DNA from: an uncultured beta proteobacterium
Lineage (GTDB): Bacteria > Pseudomonadota > Gammaproteobacteria > Burkholderiales > Rhodocyclaceae
Assembly: GCA_963704195.1 (NCBI GenBank)
Contig: CAVPHH010000009.1
Span: 296,821 to 360,820, forward strand
Direction of reading: 5' to 3'
Length of the DNA stretch: 64,000 nt
The position numbers were made by a program, and so were the translations under genes. The notes under the pieces were generated by a model. It had not been told where the DNA came from. It made no database searches and saw nothing but the letters and a program-made list of their open reading frames with translations. This document shows, piece by piece, positions 1 to 8,993 of this stretch. Numbering within the stretch: position 1 is the first letter of the stretch; each line of letters starts with the position of its first letter.

Positions 1-202
1 GTAAGACCGAGAAGCGGCCCTGCGCGAGCTGGCCGAGGATGATACGCGTCATCAGGTAGCCTGAAATGACGAAGAAGACATCCACCCCGACGAAGCCGCC
101 GGAAAAGCCGGGGATGCCGAAATGGAACAGCACGACGGCCAGCACGGCCACGGCGCGCAGGCCGTTGATGTCGGCGCGAAAATCGGCGGCGTCCGGCCTC
201 AT
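1..202 (-). CDS. OafA/Acyl_transf_3-family acyltransferase (5' part; runs off window start)
   Basis: Manual translation from ATG at 202: MRPDAADFRADINGLRAVAVLAVVLFH...GGFVGVDVFFVISGYLMT, the typical N-terminus of this family. ATGA overlap with the upstream gene's stop. Confidence 0.85.
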   Translation of the reverse strand, partial: MRPDAADFRADINGLRAVAVLAVVLFHFGIPGFSGGFVGVDVFFVISGYLMTRIILGQLAQGRFSVL

Positions 203-817
203 CGCCGCTTCAACTCCAGATCCTGGTTCCGGTAGGCTCGGTCGAACGTCGTGTCGCCATCGAGGTAAAGCCAGGCCCGATCCTGCTCGTCGCGGCAGAG
301 ATGCTGCAGGTTGCGCTGCCGGCGATGCCGGGGAAGCGGTCGCGATCCCGCACGCAGGTCGGCGATGTCGATCAGGCCGAGTTCTCCGCCCGGCGTCAGC
401 ACGATGTTGCCCAGATGCAGCGAGCGGAAGTAGACGCCTGCATCGTGCAGGCGCGCGACGAAGCGTCCGAGCCGTTCGCGCAGCCCTGGCGTGTCGGCGC
501 CGGAACGTATGAGCTGGCGCAGCGTTCGGCCTTCCAGCGGCTTGTAGCGCACCGCATCCCGTTTCGCGCCGGGAATGCGGTAGAGGCCAACAACAACCGG
601 GCAGGGGATGTTTCGCTCGGCCAATGCCGGCGCGTTGTCGGCAAAGCGCTTTGCGTAGGGATACCAGGCGGCGGAGGACAGGAGGCGCTTGCGCCGGAAC
701 AGCTTGAGATAGCTGCCGTCGGCCAGTTGCAGCACCTTGTCGCCGTGGCGGTCGCGCTCCAGCACTTGGGCATCTGCGCGCAGGGCGAGGTAAGTCGTCG
801 TGTTCCAGGGTCTGCAA
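199..817 (-). CDS. Kdo/WaaP-like kinase ('toluene tolerance protein' type, found next to msbA in Pseudomonas); probable +1 error near 792
   Basis: ORF 199..966 contains DKVLQLADGSYLKLFRRKR and YFRSLHLGNI...LIDIAD. A TTG at 817 (MQTLEHDD) joins YLALR if one base is removed. Confidence 0.7.
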
Positions 818-935
818 GAGGAAGTACCGTCGGCGGGCCGGCGGATGTTGGGTAAGTCGCTCGGCATTTTACCAGCCGGATAAGGCATTCCGCCCATGCT
901 AAAATCCAGCCATCCATTCCGCCGTGCGGCGCCGC

Positions 936-2744
936 ATGCAACCCTCTGATTCGCACGTCCCATCAAGCCTGAGCCTGTATATCCGCCTGCTGACCTACGT
1001 CAGGCCGTATGTCGGCTGGTTCGCAGTGAGCATCGCGGGCTTCGTCATATTCGCCTCGGCCCAGCCGATGCTGGCTTCGGTACTGAAGTATTTCGTGGAC
1101 GGCCTGGCCGACCCGACGGCGGCGACGCTCGCGGGCGTGCCCCTGGTCGGCGGCCTGCAGATGATGCACGCCGTGCCCCTGCTGATCGTCCTCATCGCCG
1201 CCTGGCAGGGCGTCGGCTCCTACCTGGGCAACTATTTCCTCGCCCGCGTCTCGATGGGCGTGGTGCACGATCTGCGCGTGGCGCTGTTCGACAGCCTGCT
1301 GACGCTGCCGGATCGTTATTTCGACATGCACAACTCCGGGCACCTGATCTCGCGTATCACCTTCAACGTCACCATGGTGACGGGCGCTGCCACCGACGCC
1401 ATCAAGGTCGTCATCCGCGAGGGTCTGACGGTGATCTTCCTCTTTGCCTACCTGCTATGGATGAACTGGCGCCTGACCCTGGTGATGGTGGCCCTGCTGC
1501 CTTTCATCGCGCTGCTGGTGGTGAGCGCCAGCCGCAAGTTCCGCAAGCAGGCGAAGAAGATCCAGGTGGCGATGGGCGACGTCACGCATGTCGCCTCCGA
1601 AGCCATCCAGGGACATCGCATCGTGCGCAGCTTCGGCGGCGAACCCTACGAGCAGCGCCGTTTCCTCGAGGCAAGCAGCCACAACATGAACAGGCAGCTG
1701 CGCATGGTGCGCACGGGATCGGTCTATACGCCGCTGCTGCAGCTGCTGATCTTCAGCGCCATGGGCGTGCTGTTCTTCCTCGTCCTGTGGCTGCGCGGCG
1801 AGGCCACGCCCGGCGAACTGGTAGCCTATATCACCGCCGCTGGGCTGCTGCCGAAACCGATCCGCCAGCTCTCCGAGGTCAGCTCGACCATCCAGAAGGG
1901 CGTGGCGGCGGCAGAGAGCATCTTCGAGCAGCTCGACGAGCCGGCCGAGATAGACACCGGCACGGTAAGCCGCGAGCGTGTCAGCGGCCGGCTCGAGGTG
2001 CGCGACCTGTCCTTCCGCTATCCCGGCGGCGAACGACCTGTGCTCGACGGAATCGGTTTCGTCATCGAGCCGGGTCAGATGGTGGCGCTGGTCGGACGTT
2101 CGGGCAGCGGCAAGTCCACACTCGCCAACCTCATCCCGCGCTTTTATCATCACGACCAGGGCCAGATTCTCATAGACGGCACCGATGTCGAGCAATATGT
2201 TCTGCGCAACCTGCGCAGCCATGTCGCCGTCGTCACCCAGCAGGTGACCTTGTTCAACGACACGGTGGCCAACAACATCGCCTACGGCGACCTGGCCGGC
2301 GCGCCGCGCGCCGCAGTCGAGCGCGCCGCCGAGGCCGCCTTCGCCAGCGAGTTCATCGACAAGCTGCCGCAGGGTTTCGACACGCTGGTCGGCGAGAACG
2401 GCGTGCTGCTCTCCGGCGGCCAGCGCCAGCGCCTGGCCATCGCCCGCGCACTGCTGAAGGATGCGCCGATCCTCATCCTCGACGAAGCCACTTCCGCGCT
2501 CGATACAGAATCCGAGCGCCACATCCAGGCCGCCCTCGACCGCGTCATGCGCGGCCGCACTACCTTGGTCATTGCCCATCGCCTGACTACCATCGAGCGT
2601 GCCGACATCATCATGGTGATGGAGCAGGGCCGCATCGCCGAGCGCGGCAGCCATGCCGAGTTGCTCGCCCTCAACGGCCACTACGCGAAACTGCATGCCA
2701 TGCAGTTCCGCGAGACGGCCGAAGAACAGAATCGCGAAAGCTGA
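936..2744 (+). CDS. msbA: Lipid A export ABC transporter permease/ATP-binding protein
   Basis: TM domain plus Walker A GRSGSGKS, LSGGQRQR and ILILDEATSALD; LPS-cluster context. Confidence 0.9.
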   Translation: MQPSDSHVPSSLSLYIRLLTYVRPYVGWFAVSIAGFVIFASAQPMLASVLKYFVDGLADPTAATLAGVPLVGGLQMMHAVPLLIVLIAAWQGVGSYLGNYFLARVSMGVVHDLRVALFDSLLTLPDRYFDMHNSGHLISRITFNVTMVTGAATDAIKVVIREGLTVIFLFAYLLWMNWRLTLVMVALLPFIALLVVSASRKFRKQAKKIQVAMGDVTHVASEAIQGHRIVRSFGGEPYEQRRFLEASSHNMNRQLRMVRTGSVYTPLLQLLIFSAMGVLFFLVLWLRGEATPGELVAYITAAGLLPKPIRQLSEVSSTIQKGVAAAESIFEQLDEPAEIDTGTVSRERVSGRLEVRDLSFRYPGGERPVLDGIGFVIEPGQMVALVGRSGSGKSTLANLIPRFYHHDQGQILIDGTDVEQYVLRNLRSHVAVVTQQVTLFNDTVANNIAYGDLAGAPRAAVERAAEAAFASEFIDKLPQGFDTLVGENGVLLSGGQRQRLAIARALLKDAPILILDEATSALDTESERHIQAALDRVMRGRTTLVIAHRLTTIERADIIMVMEQGRIAERGSHAELLALNGHYAKLHAMQFRETAEEQNRES

Positions 2745-2750
2745 ACTGCT

Positions 2751-4915
2751 TCAGGGAGGCGGCAGGACGTCGTTGAATTGCCGCTGCAACATGCTGCCTT
2801 CCGGCCAGTTGCGCAGGAAGCGGGCGCGATCCCTTTCCCAGGCCTTGCGCCAGCCGGACTCGCTGTCGTAGCGGCGCATGGCGTCGAGGTCGAGGACGCA
2901 GAGTTCATTCCCGTTGAGAATGAAGTTGGTGGCCTTCAGGTCGCCGTGGCCGATGCGTTCGGCGGCGAGGCTTGCGAAGAGCCGGCGCGCGGCCTCCAGC
3001 ACCTCGGCCGGCGTGCCGCTGTCTGCGTGCCCGGCCAGATGATCCTGCAGGTTCTGCCCTTCGCAATACTCCGTGACGATCCAGGCGCGGCCGCGCAGCG
3101 GGCCGAGGCGGCGTTCGATGAGCGCAAGCGGGCGCGGCGTGGCGATGCCGAGTAAGCTCAGGCGGTGCGCCTCCACCCAGGAATGCCAGGCACGGCTCGG
3201 CCGCCAGGCGCGCGAGACGGCATGGCCGGCACTCTTGATGTTGTAGCGCTTGATGACCAGCTTGCGGCCTTCCAGCTCGACCAGCGCCAGCGTTGCGCTC
3301 CGGCCGCGCTTGAGGGGAGCGCCTTGTTCCAGCCAGGCGTCAGGATCGGCTACCAGGGGCGCAAGGAAATCGGCCTCGGAACGCACCAGGGAAAAAAACC
3401 GATCGGTACGCCGCGCGACCTTGAAGAGGCTGCAATCGCGCAGGCATTTATCAAGATAGTCGGCGAGGCGCACTTCGCGGGCGCGGGCGATGGATGCTTC
3501 GAGCTGCGTTGCATCGACGATGAAGTCCGGATTGCCCTTGCGGTAGGCGGCCAGCAGGCTGGGCTGCATGGCGCTGCAGGCTGGCGGGGACAACTGGGCG
3601 AACAGCAGGGCGAGATTGTCCAGGAAATGGGGACAGACCCCGATTTTTAGTATCATAAAATTGGGGTCTGTCCCATTTCCCGGCCGGCCTTACGGCGTCG
3701 CCGTCGATGATGTACAGCTTGTCTTCCCTGATCAGGAAATTCCCCAGATGCACGTCCTCCTGCAGGAGGTTCCGCGCGTGCATGAGTCCGACCGTCTCGA
3801 ACACCTTGCCGAGTTCGTCGACTGCCGCATCGCTCGGGCTCCGCGCGCCGTCAAGGTATTCGGTGAGGACGAAGAATCCGTGCTCCCTCGAGCCTGCCGG
3901 ATGCCATTAGCTTCGGGGTGGGCAGGCCGTCTTTGCTCAGGCTGTCGATGCCCCGGCGTTCGCGCTGCCAGTGGCGATCGCTGCCGCGTGCGGCAACGAA
4001 GAGCTTGGCCAGCACGGCCTGCCCGTTCCAGCGGCCGATGCCCGTGAGGCGCTTGCCCGGCAGGATGCGCAGCCAGCGCTCAATCTTCAGTTCAGAACCG
4101 TCAGCGAGCGTGATCGCGCAGGGTGCGAGTACCCGCCGGCCGCCGGCACGCAACGTCTCCGCGTTGTCCTGCGCCTCGTCGCGTCCCGCGAAGAAGACGA
4201 TGATCCTGCGGATGCGCCGCTTGTCGGGCTCATCGAGCATCGTCTTCTGCATGTAATCGAGATAGAAGCGCAGCCGCCGCGTGCGCGAGAGCTGGCGCCT
4301 GGCGACCTTGTCGAGGCAGGCAAGGTCCTTGACGATGCGGTACTCGAGGAAGGGCGGCCACCAGAAGCCACCGCTCGGGCAGTCGATGAGGAAGACCTTG
4401 CCGGCGGTGTCCACCAGCAGGTTGCGCCACTTCAGGTCGCCATGCACGAAGCGGCGGCCGTGCATGCGGCGAGCGATGTCGGCGACCTGCGCGGACACGC
4501 CGTCCCGCCAAGGCTGACTTTCGAGCCGCGGATCCTGGCTGCGGGCGAGCCGGTGCAGATCGGTCGTGCCGGGAATTTCCTCAGTGATCAGCGCGCCGCG
4601 CGCGAACAGGCCGCCCTGGCGTTCCAGGCCGTAGGCCACGAGCCTCGCGGTGGGAATGCCCCATTCGGCGAAGCGTTGCAGGTTTTCCCATTCGATCTGC
4701 ACACGCGGCGTGCCGAACCAGCGCCGTAGCGGTTTCTTGCCGAGGCCGTGGTAGCGCTTGACGTAGTAGCGGCGGCCGTTGATTTCGACGCGCACGGTGC
4801 GGGTGATGGAATCCTTGGCGACGATCTCGCCTTCGAGGGCGAACACGGTATCCAGATCGGCGAAGCGCGCGGCGGCGACCGCCTCCAGACCGGGCAACAC
4901 CTGCCACTGGCTCAT
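2751..4915 (-). CDS. Multi-domain LPS kinase (WapP-like domain fused to a two-domain PA5006-like kinase), split by two apparent +1 errors (~3886, ~3680)
   Basis: Three kinase catalytic loops across ORFs 3851..4915 (HGDLKWRN), 3451..3804 (QEDVHLGN) and 2751..3656 (HGDLKATN). The frames join if one G is removed at each of two G-runs. Confidence 0.65.
3625..3678. repeat. AT-cored palindrome inside the kinase gene
   Basis: AAATGGGGACAGACCCCGATTT-TTAGTATCATA-AAATTGGGGTCTGTCCCATTT, a near-perfect inverted repeat. Confidence 0.85.
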
Positions 4916-5742
4916 GCTTCTGCTCCGGGAGCGAATTTGCGCCGGAAGCGTTCTGCCAGGCGTACGCCTTCATGCTCGAGGTGGGCGAGAAGGGAGGACT
5001 CCTTCCGGAGAACGTCGCGTAGCGGGCGGTCGAAATAGGCGCGCAGGAAGCGCAGCCGGTCACGCGTGCCGAGGCCGATTTCCAGCGACGAGAAGTGCAG
5101 TGCGGCAAGATCCTTGTCGCGCCAGCGGCGCGGGGCTGGGCGGTCGCGCACCTGGGCGCGGTGCAGGTCGATCAGCGACAGGCGCAGCTCGGCAGCGGAT
5201 GGCGGGGGCTCGGTGTGCAGCAGGAAATGGCAGATGTAGCAGTCGCGGTGGTTGACGCCGCCCGCATGCATGCGCCGCGTCATTTCCGCCACGCGCCCGA
5301 TGAGGGCGCGCCTGAGGGCGGGCGCAGGCGGCCGCGCCGGCCAGTCGCGGCAGTAGTCTTCCAGGCTGATGGTGGGCGCCAGTTCCTCGGTGATGATGAA
5401 GGACTCTAGACGCGCGGGATTGTCCCCGCGTCTGCCGAAGGCGACGGCCTTCATGGTGTCGACGCCGAGTTCGTGCAGGCGTTTGAGGGCGAGCCATTCC
5501 TGCTCGGCGCCGAGCACGGGCAGGCGCGCCGTCACCAGATTCTTGATGATCTCGCCCCAGCCGACGCCGCGGTGCAGCTTGACGTAGTAGCCGCGCCCCT
5601 CGATCTCGGTGCGCAGGGTGCGGCGGCCTTCCAGCTCGCGCAGCACCGTGCCCTGCAGCGCCGCGGCGGCGCGGAAGGGATCCTGTCCCGCCCACAGCGC
5701 GCGGAAGGGCGCGTCGAGAAAGAGTTCATCGGGACGGCTCAT
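4912..5742 (-). CDS. waaP: LPS core heptose(I) kinase
   Basis: RELEGRRTLR, PVLGAEQEW, NHRDCYICHFLL and LIDLHRAQ motifs; follows waaG with ATGA overlap. Confidence 0.9.
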   Translation of the reverse strand: MSRPDELFLDAPFRALWAGQDPFRAAAALQGTVLRELEGRRTLRTEIEGRGYYVKLHRGVGWGEIIKNLVTARLPVLGAEQEWLALKRLHELGVDTMKAVAFGRRGDNPARLESFIITEELAPTISLEDYCRDWPARPPAPALRRALIGRVAEMTRRMHAGGVNHRDCYICHFLLHTEPPPSAAELRLSLIDLHRAQVRDRPAPRRWRDKDLAALHFSSLEIGLGTRDRLRFLRAYFDRPLRDVLRKESSLLAHLEHEGVRLAERFRRKFAPGAEA

Positions 5743-6854
5743 GGCTTGAGGATAATATCTGCTGCGCGCTCGGACTGGCTGTAGATGTCGGCCCGCTCGG
5801 CCCAGTCGAGGCCGCTTGCCCGCCATTGCTGGCGCGCCGCTGCGTCTGCAAGCATGTCCGCCAGCGTGCGGTTGAGGTGGTCCTGTGCGAATGGCAGCGG
5901 CACGACGTGCCCGGCGGCGGCTTCCTCGATGTAGTGGGCGTAGCCGCAGGCGGCGGAAGTCAGCACCGGCAGACCGGCGACCACCGCTTCCAGCAGCACT
6001 GTGCCGGTATTCTCGTTGTAGGCGGGATGGATCAGCAGGTCGGCGCCCTGCAGGAAGCGCGGGATGTCGTCGCGTCCGCCGAGAATGCGCATCTTGTCGG
6101 CAAGCCCGAGCGTCCTGGCGAGCGACAGGAAGGGCTTCGGGTTGTCCTGGCCGATGGCGATGAGGCGTGTGCGCGCCTTCAGGTCCGGCGGCAGGGCGGC
6201 AAGCGCGCGCAGGCTGCGGTCCAGCCCCTTGGTCCTGAAGCCGGAACCGATTTGCAGCAGGAGCAGGTCGCTGTCGGCCAGGCCGAATTCGCGGCGGAAG
6301 TCCGCGCGTATGGCCGTGGCATCGGGCGGCGCGCGCCGATCCTTGGAAATCCCCGGAGGCAGGAGGTGCAGGCGCGCATCCGGCGTGCCGTAGTGCTTGA
6401 TGTATAGCGCCTGCTGCACGTTGGAGATCATGAGGATTTCAGTATGACTGTCCGCCGCGAATACCGCCCGTTCGTAGGCGGCGAAGTGGCGGTAGCGCCC
6501 TGAGAGGCGGTAGAGCGGGCCGCGCAAGGTGCGCGCCTTGTCCTCGAAGCAGGGGTCGGCGCAGAAATAGACGTCCAGACCGGGCATCTTGTTGAAGCCG
6601 ACGGCACGGTCTGCGCGGCGCTGCTGCAAGTCGCGGCCGACCCAGTCGACGAATTTCTCGTAGCGGCGATGGTTGGACAGCGCCCGCACCGGCACCTTCA
6701 CTACCTCGAAGCCTGGCGGGATGTCCCCTTGCCACTGCAGGGTGTGGACGCGGATGTCGTGGCCGCGTGCCTGACAGGCGAGGGCGATGCGCAGGAAATC
6801 CCGCTGCAGGCCGCCGTAGGGGAAGTACTTGAAGAGGATGAACGCCAGTTGCAT
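5739..6854 (-). CDS. waaG: LPS core glucosyltransferase (GT4)
   Basis: MQLAFILFKYFPYGGLQRDF; HPAYNENTGTVLLEA. Confidence 0.9.
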   Translation of the reverse strand: MQLAFILFKYFPYGGLQRDFLRIALACQARGHDIRVHTLQWQGDIPPGFEVVKVPVRALSNHRRYEKFVDWVGRDLQQRRADRAVGFNKMPGLDVYFCADPCFEDKARTLRGPLYRLSGRYRHFAAYERAVFAADSHTEILMISNVQQALYIKHYGTPDARLHLLPPGISKDRRAPPDATAIRADFRREFGLADSDLLLLQIGSGFRTKGLDRSLRALAALPPDLKARTRLIAIGQDNPKPFLSLARTLGLADKMRILGGRDDIPRFLQGADLLIHPAYNENTGTVLLEAVVAGLPVLTSAACGYAHYIEEAAAGHVVPLPFAQDHLNRTLADMLADAAARQQWRASGLDWAERADIYSQSERAADIILKP

Positions 6855-6862
6855 TGCGTCGC

Positions 6863-6979
6863 TCAGGCCTCCGCCGGGCCGCCCCAAGGAGGTCTGAAGC
6901 CAACAACACGGAAGCCGCGTAGCGGCTGAACCGTCGTCACCCCTTTCCTCGGGAAAGGGGTCGGGAGATAGGCCGTCAT
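6863..6979 (-). repeat. Composite palindromic element (CCCCTTTCC hairpin plus TTGGGGCGGCCCGGC core) spanned by a 38-codon mini-ORF
   Basis: Hairpins at 6940-6960 and 6863-6897. ATG at 6979 lies 1 nt after the inaA stop; TGA at 6865-6863. Confidence 0.65.
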
Positions 6980-6980
6980 C

Positions 6981-7809
6981 TTATTCGGCCACGCCGGCCT
7001 TGGCGGCGAGCATGCGCGCAGGCGGCTGGATGCGCTTCTTGCGCCCGGAGCGGGCGGCGATCGTGCGCCACAACCACTTGGCGAGGGGCGTCAGGCGCTC
7101 GATCTGCAGGTAGGACTTGTAGAACCATAGCCGGTCGCTGCGGCTCCAGCACTGCGAATGGTAATTGAGCGTGTACAGGTCGCGGATGGCGCAGACGACT
7201 TTGGAGGGGCGCCAGCGCGACTTCTCCAGGTCGATGACACGCGCCTCGACGCTGCCATCCGCATTGACGCGGGTGAAGACATGCTTGGGGAAGAAGCAAT
7301 TGTGCTGGATGCCGTGGGCGTGCATGTCGCGCAGCAGGGTGGCGACCGCCGCAAGCATGCGCAGGCGCAAAGGGCGCGCAGGCGCGCCTGATTCCAGCCA
7401 GCGCCTGACGCGATCCTCCATCGAAATGAAGCCGGTCAGCTCCTCGGTGACGAGGATGGCGCGCTCGTCCTTGCCGATCTTGCGCATGGCGAAAGTACAC
7501 CGGCTCCAGCGTCGGGATGCCGCAGGCGCGGTAGTGCATGATGTGGCGGAACTCGCGCAGGAACGTCGGCGCGCCATGCAGCGGATGGGTCCACAGTCGC
7601 GCACGGTGGTTTTCCTGGCGCTTGAGGAAAATCCCGGTGGTGCCGTCGCCCGGCAGCGCCAGTTCGCAGCGCGAGACGCCGCTCCAGCCGCCGCGGCGGT
7701 GGTTGGGCTCCTCGAACCAGGGCGCCTCGAGTTTCCACAGCGCATCGAAGGCCGACAAGCCGTTGTGCGTGAGGATCGGCCGCCAGCGATCGTTGATGAA
7801 ATCCTTCAT
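6981..7809 (-). CDS. inaA: InaA-family LPS kinase; apparent +1 error near 7494
   Basis: WFEEPNHRRGGWSGVSR and FLKRQENH in ORF 6976..7809 continue as AILVTEEL...HNCFFPKH...IDLEKSR in ORF 6981..7745. Confidence 0.75.
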
Positions 7810-8508
7810 CTATTTTTTAACGCGTAGGACATAGGCGCGCCACTTGTCCCAATGCTTGATGAAGTCGGCATGGCCGATCACCTCCAGCCCCGCGGCGGCG
7901 AAGTCGCGCTCGATCTCGGCCCGCTTGAAGACGAAGCGGTCGCGCGGGCGCTCCTTGCCGCGGGTGCGCGCCTTGCGCGCCTCGTTGATTTCGTGCCGCC
8001 AGGCGCGGAAGTTGCCGTCAATCCAGAGGGAGACGATCACCGTGCCGGAACTGATGCGCGCGAACTCCTTCAGCATGAGGACGCGGTCTGAGCTCTTCTC
8101 GATGTGGTGCAGCAGGCGGATGCTGAACACGCACTCAACGAAATTGTCCGGCAGGCCGGTGTCGAAGGCCGAGCAGCAGAAGGACTTCTCGATGCGCGCG
8201 GTGACTTCGCGCGGGCGCAGTTCGAGGCCGGCGTTGACCATGGACTGGCTGTTGTCGGCGACATAGATCTTGCGATCCTTTTGCTCCGCCAGCATGGCCC
8301 AGAAGCGGCCCGTGCCGCAGGGAAGGTCAAGCACAGAACGCGGACGTCCGGCCAGTTCCAGCGCCTTGCGTGCCATGCCGACTTCGCGCCAGGTTGACAG
8401 TCGGCGCCAGAACCCGGTGTTGTGCTTGTGGAAATACTTCCGCGCGTGCTCGGGATCGTATTTTTCGGAGAATTCGTAGTGCGGGGGGGTGATGCCGTCG
8501 TCAGCCAT
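7810..8508 (-). CDS. Class I SAM-dependent methyltransferase
   Basis: VLDLPCGTGRF motif I and IRLLHH; directly upstream of inaA, as in Pseudomonas. Confidence 0.85.
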   Translation of the reverse strand: MADDGITPPHYEFSEKYDPEHARKYFHKHNTGFWRRLSTWREVGMARKALELAGRPRSVLDLPCGTGRFWAMLAEQKDRKIYVADNSQSMVNAGLELRPREVTARIEKSFCCSAFDTGLPDNFVECVFSIRLLHHIEKSSDRVLMLKEFARISSGTVIVSLWIDGNFRAWRHEINEARKARTRGKERPRDRFVFKRAEIERDFAAAGLEVIGHADFIKHWDKWRAYVLRVKK

Positions 8509-8657
8509 GCCTGAAACACCGGATTGCGAGTCGATTGTAAGTCGGCTATTTTGCCTGAAAAACCTCAAATAGTCATCTACTTATATGCAGAATGCCATGC
8601 CGGACGCCTACAATGGGCCTACAATGCGAGGCTCGTCATGCAGAAGAGAAACGCGAC

Positions 8658-8927
8658 ATGAAAAAGACCGACCTGGAAAAACGCAAGGGACTGAAAATCG
8701 ACAGCCGCATGAAGCACTCCGGCACGCCAGGCCGTTTCGGCACGGAGGCGGCCGCAGCCGCCAATCGGCGGGAGCAGCGGGAGCGGGAGCGGGCGCTCGG
8801 CCTCGTCCCGTTTGCCGTGAAGCTCGATGGCGAACTGGTCGCGCAAATCCGCCAGAGGGCCGTGGAGCGCGGCGAGGACCTGGGCCAGGTCGTGGCGAAC
8901 CTCTTGCGCCAGGGACTCGCGCACTGA
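8658..8927 (+). CDS. Small conserved hypothetical protein (possible ribbon-helix-helix C-terminus)
   Basis: MKKTDLEK...GLVPFAVKLDGELVAQIR; typical codon usage. Confidence 0.65.
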   Translation: MKKTDLEKRKGLKIDSRMKHSGTPGRFGTEAAAAANRREQRERERALGLVPFAVKLDGELVAQIRQRAVERGEDLGQVVANLLRQGLAH

Positions 8928-8993
8928 GGAAGGCGCGCGAAAGCTGAAACACCTTGTTCGACATGTTCAACAGTCGCATTCGAAGAAAAGGGG

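Noticed and set aside
8555-8580. Possible ColR-like box upstream of the methyltransferase (TTGAGGTTTTTCAG)
   Set aside because: The half-site spacing is 9 rather than 11 bp; too weak to call.
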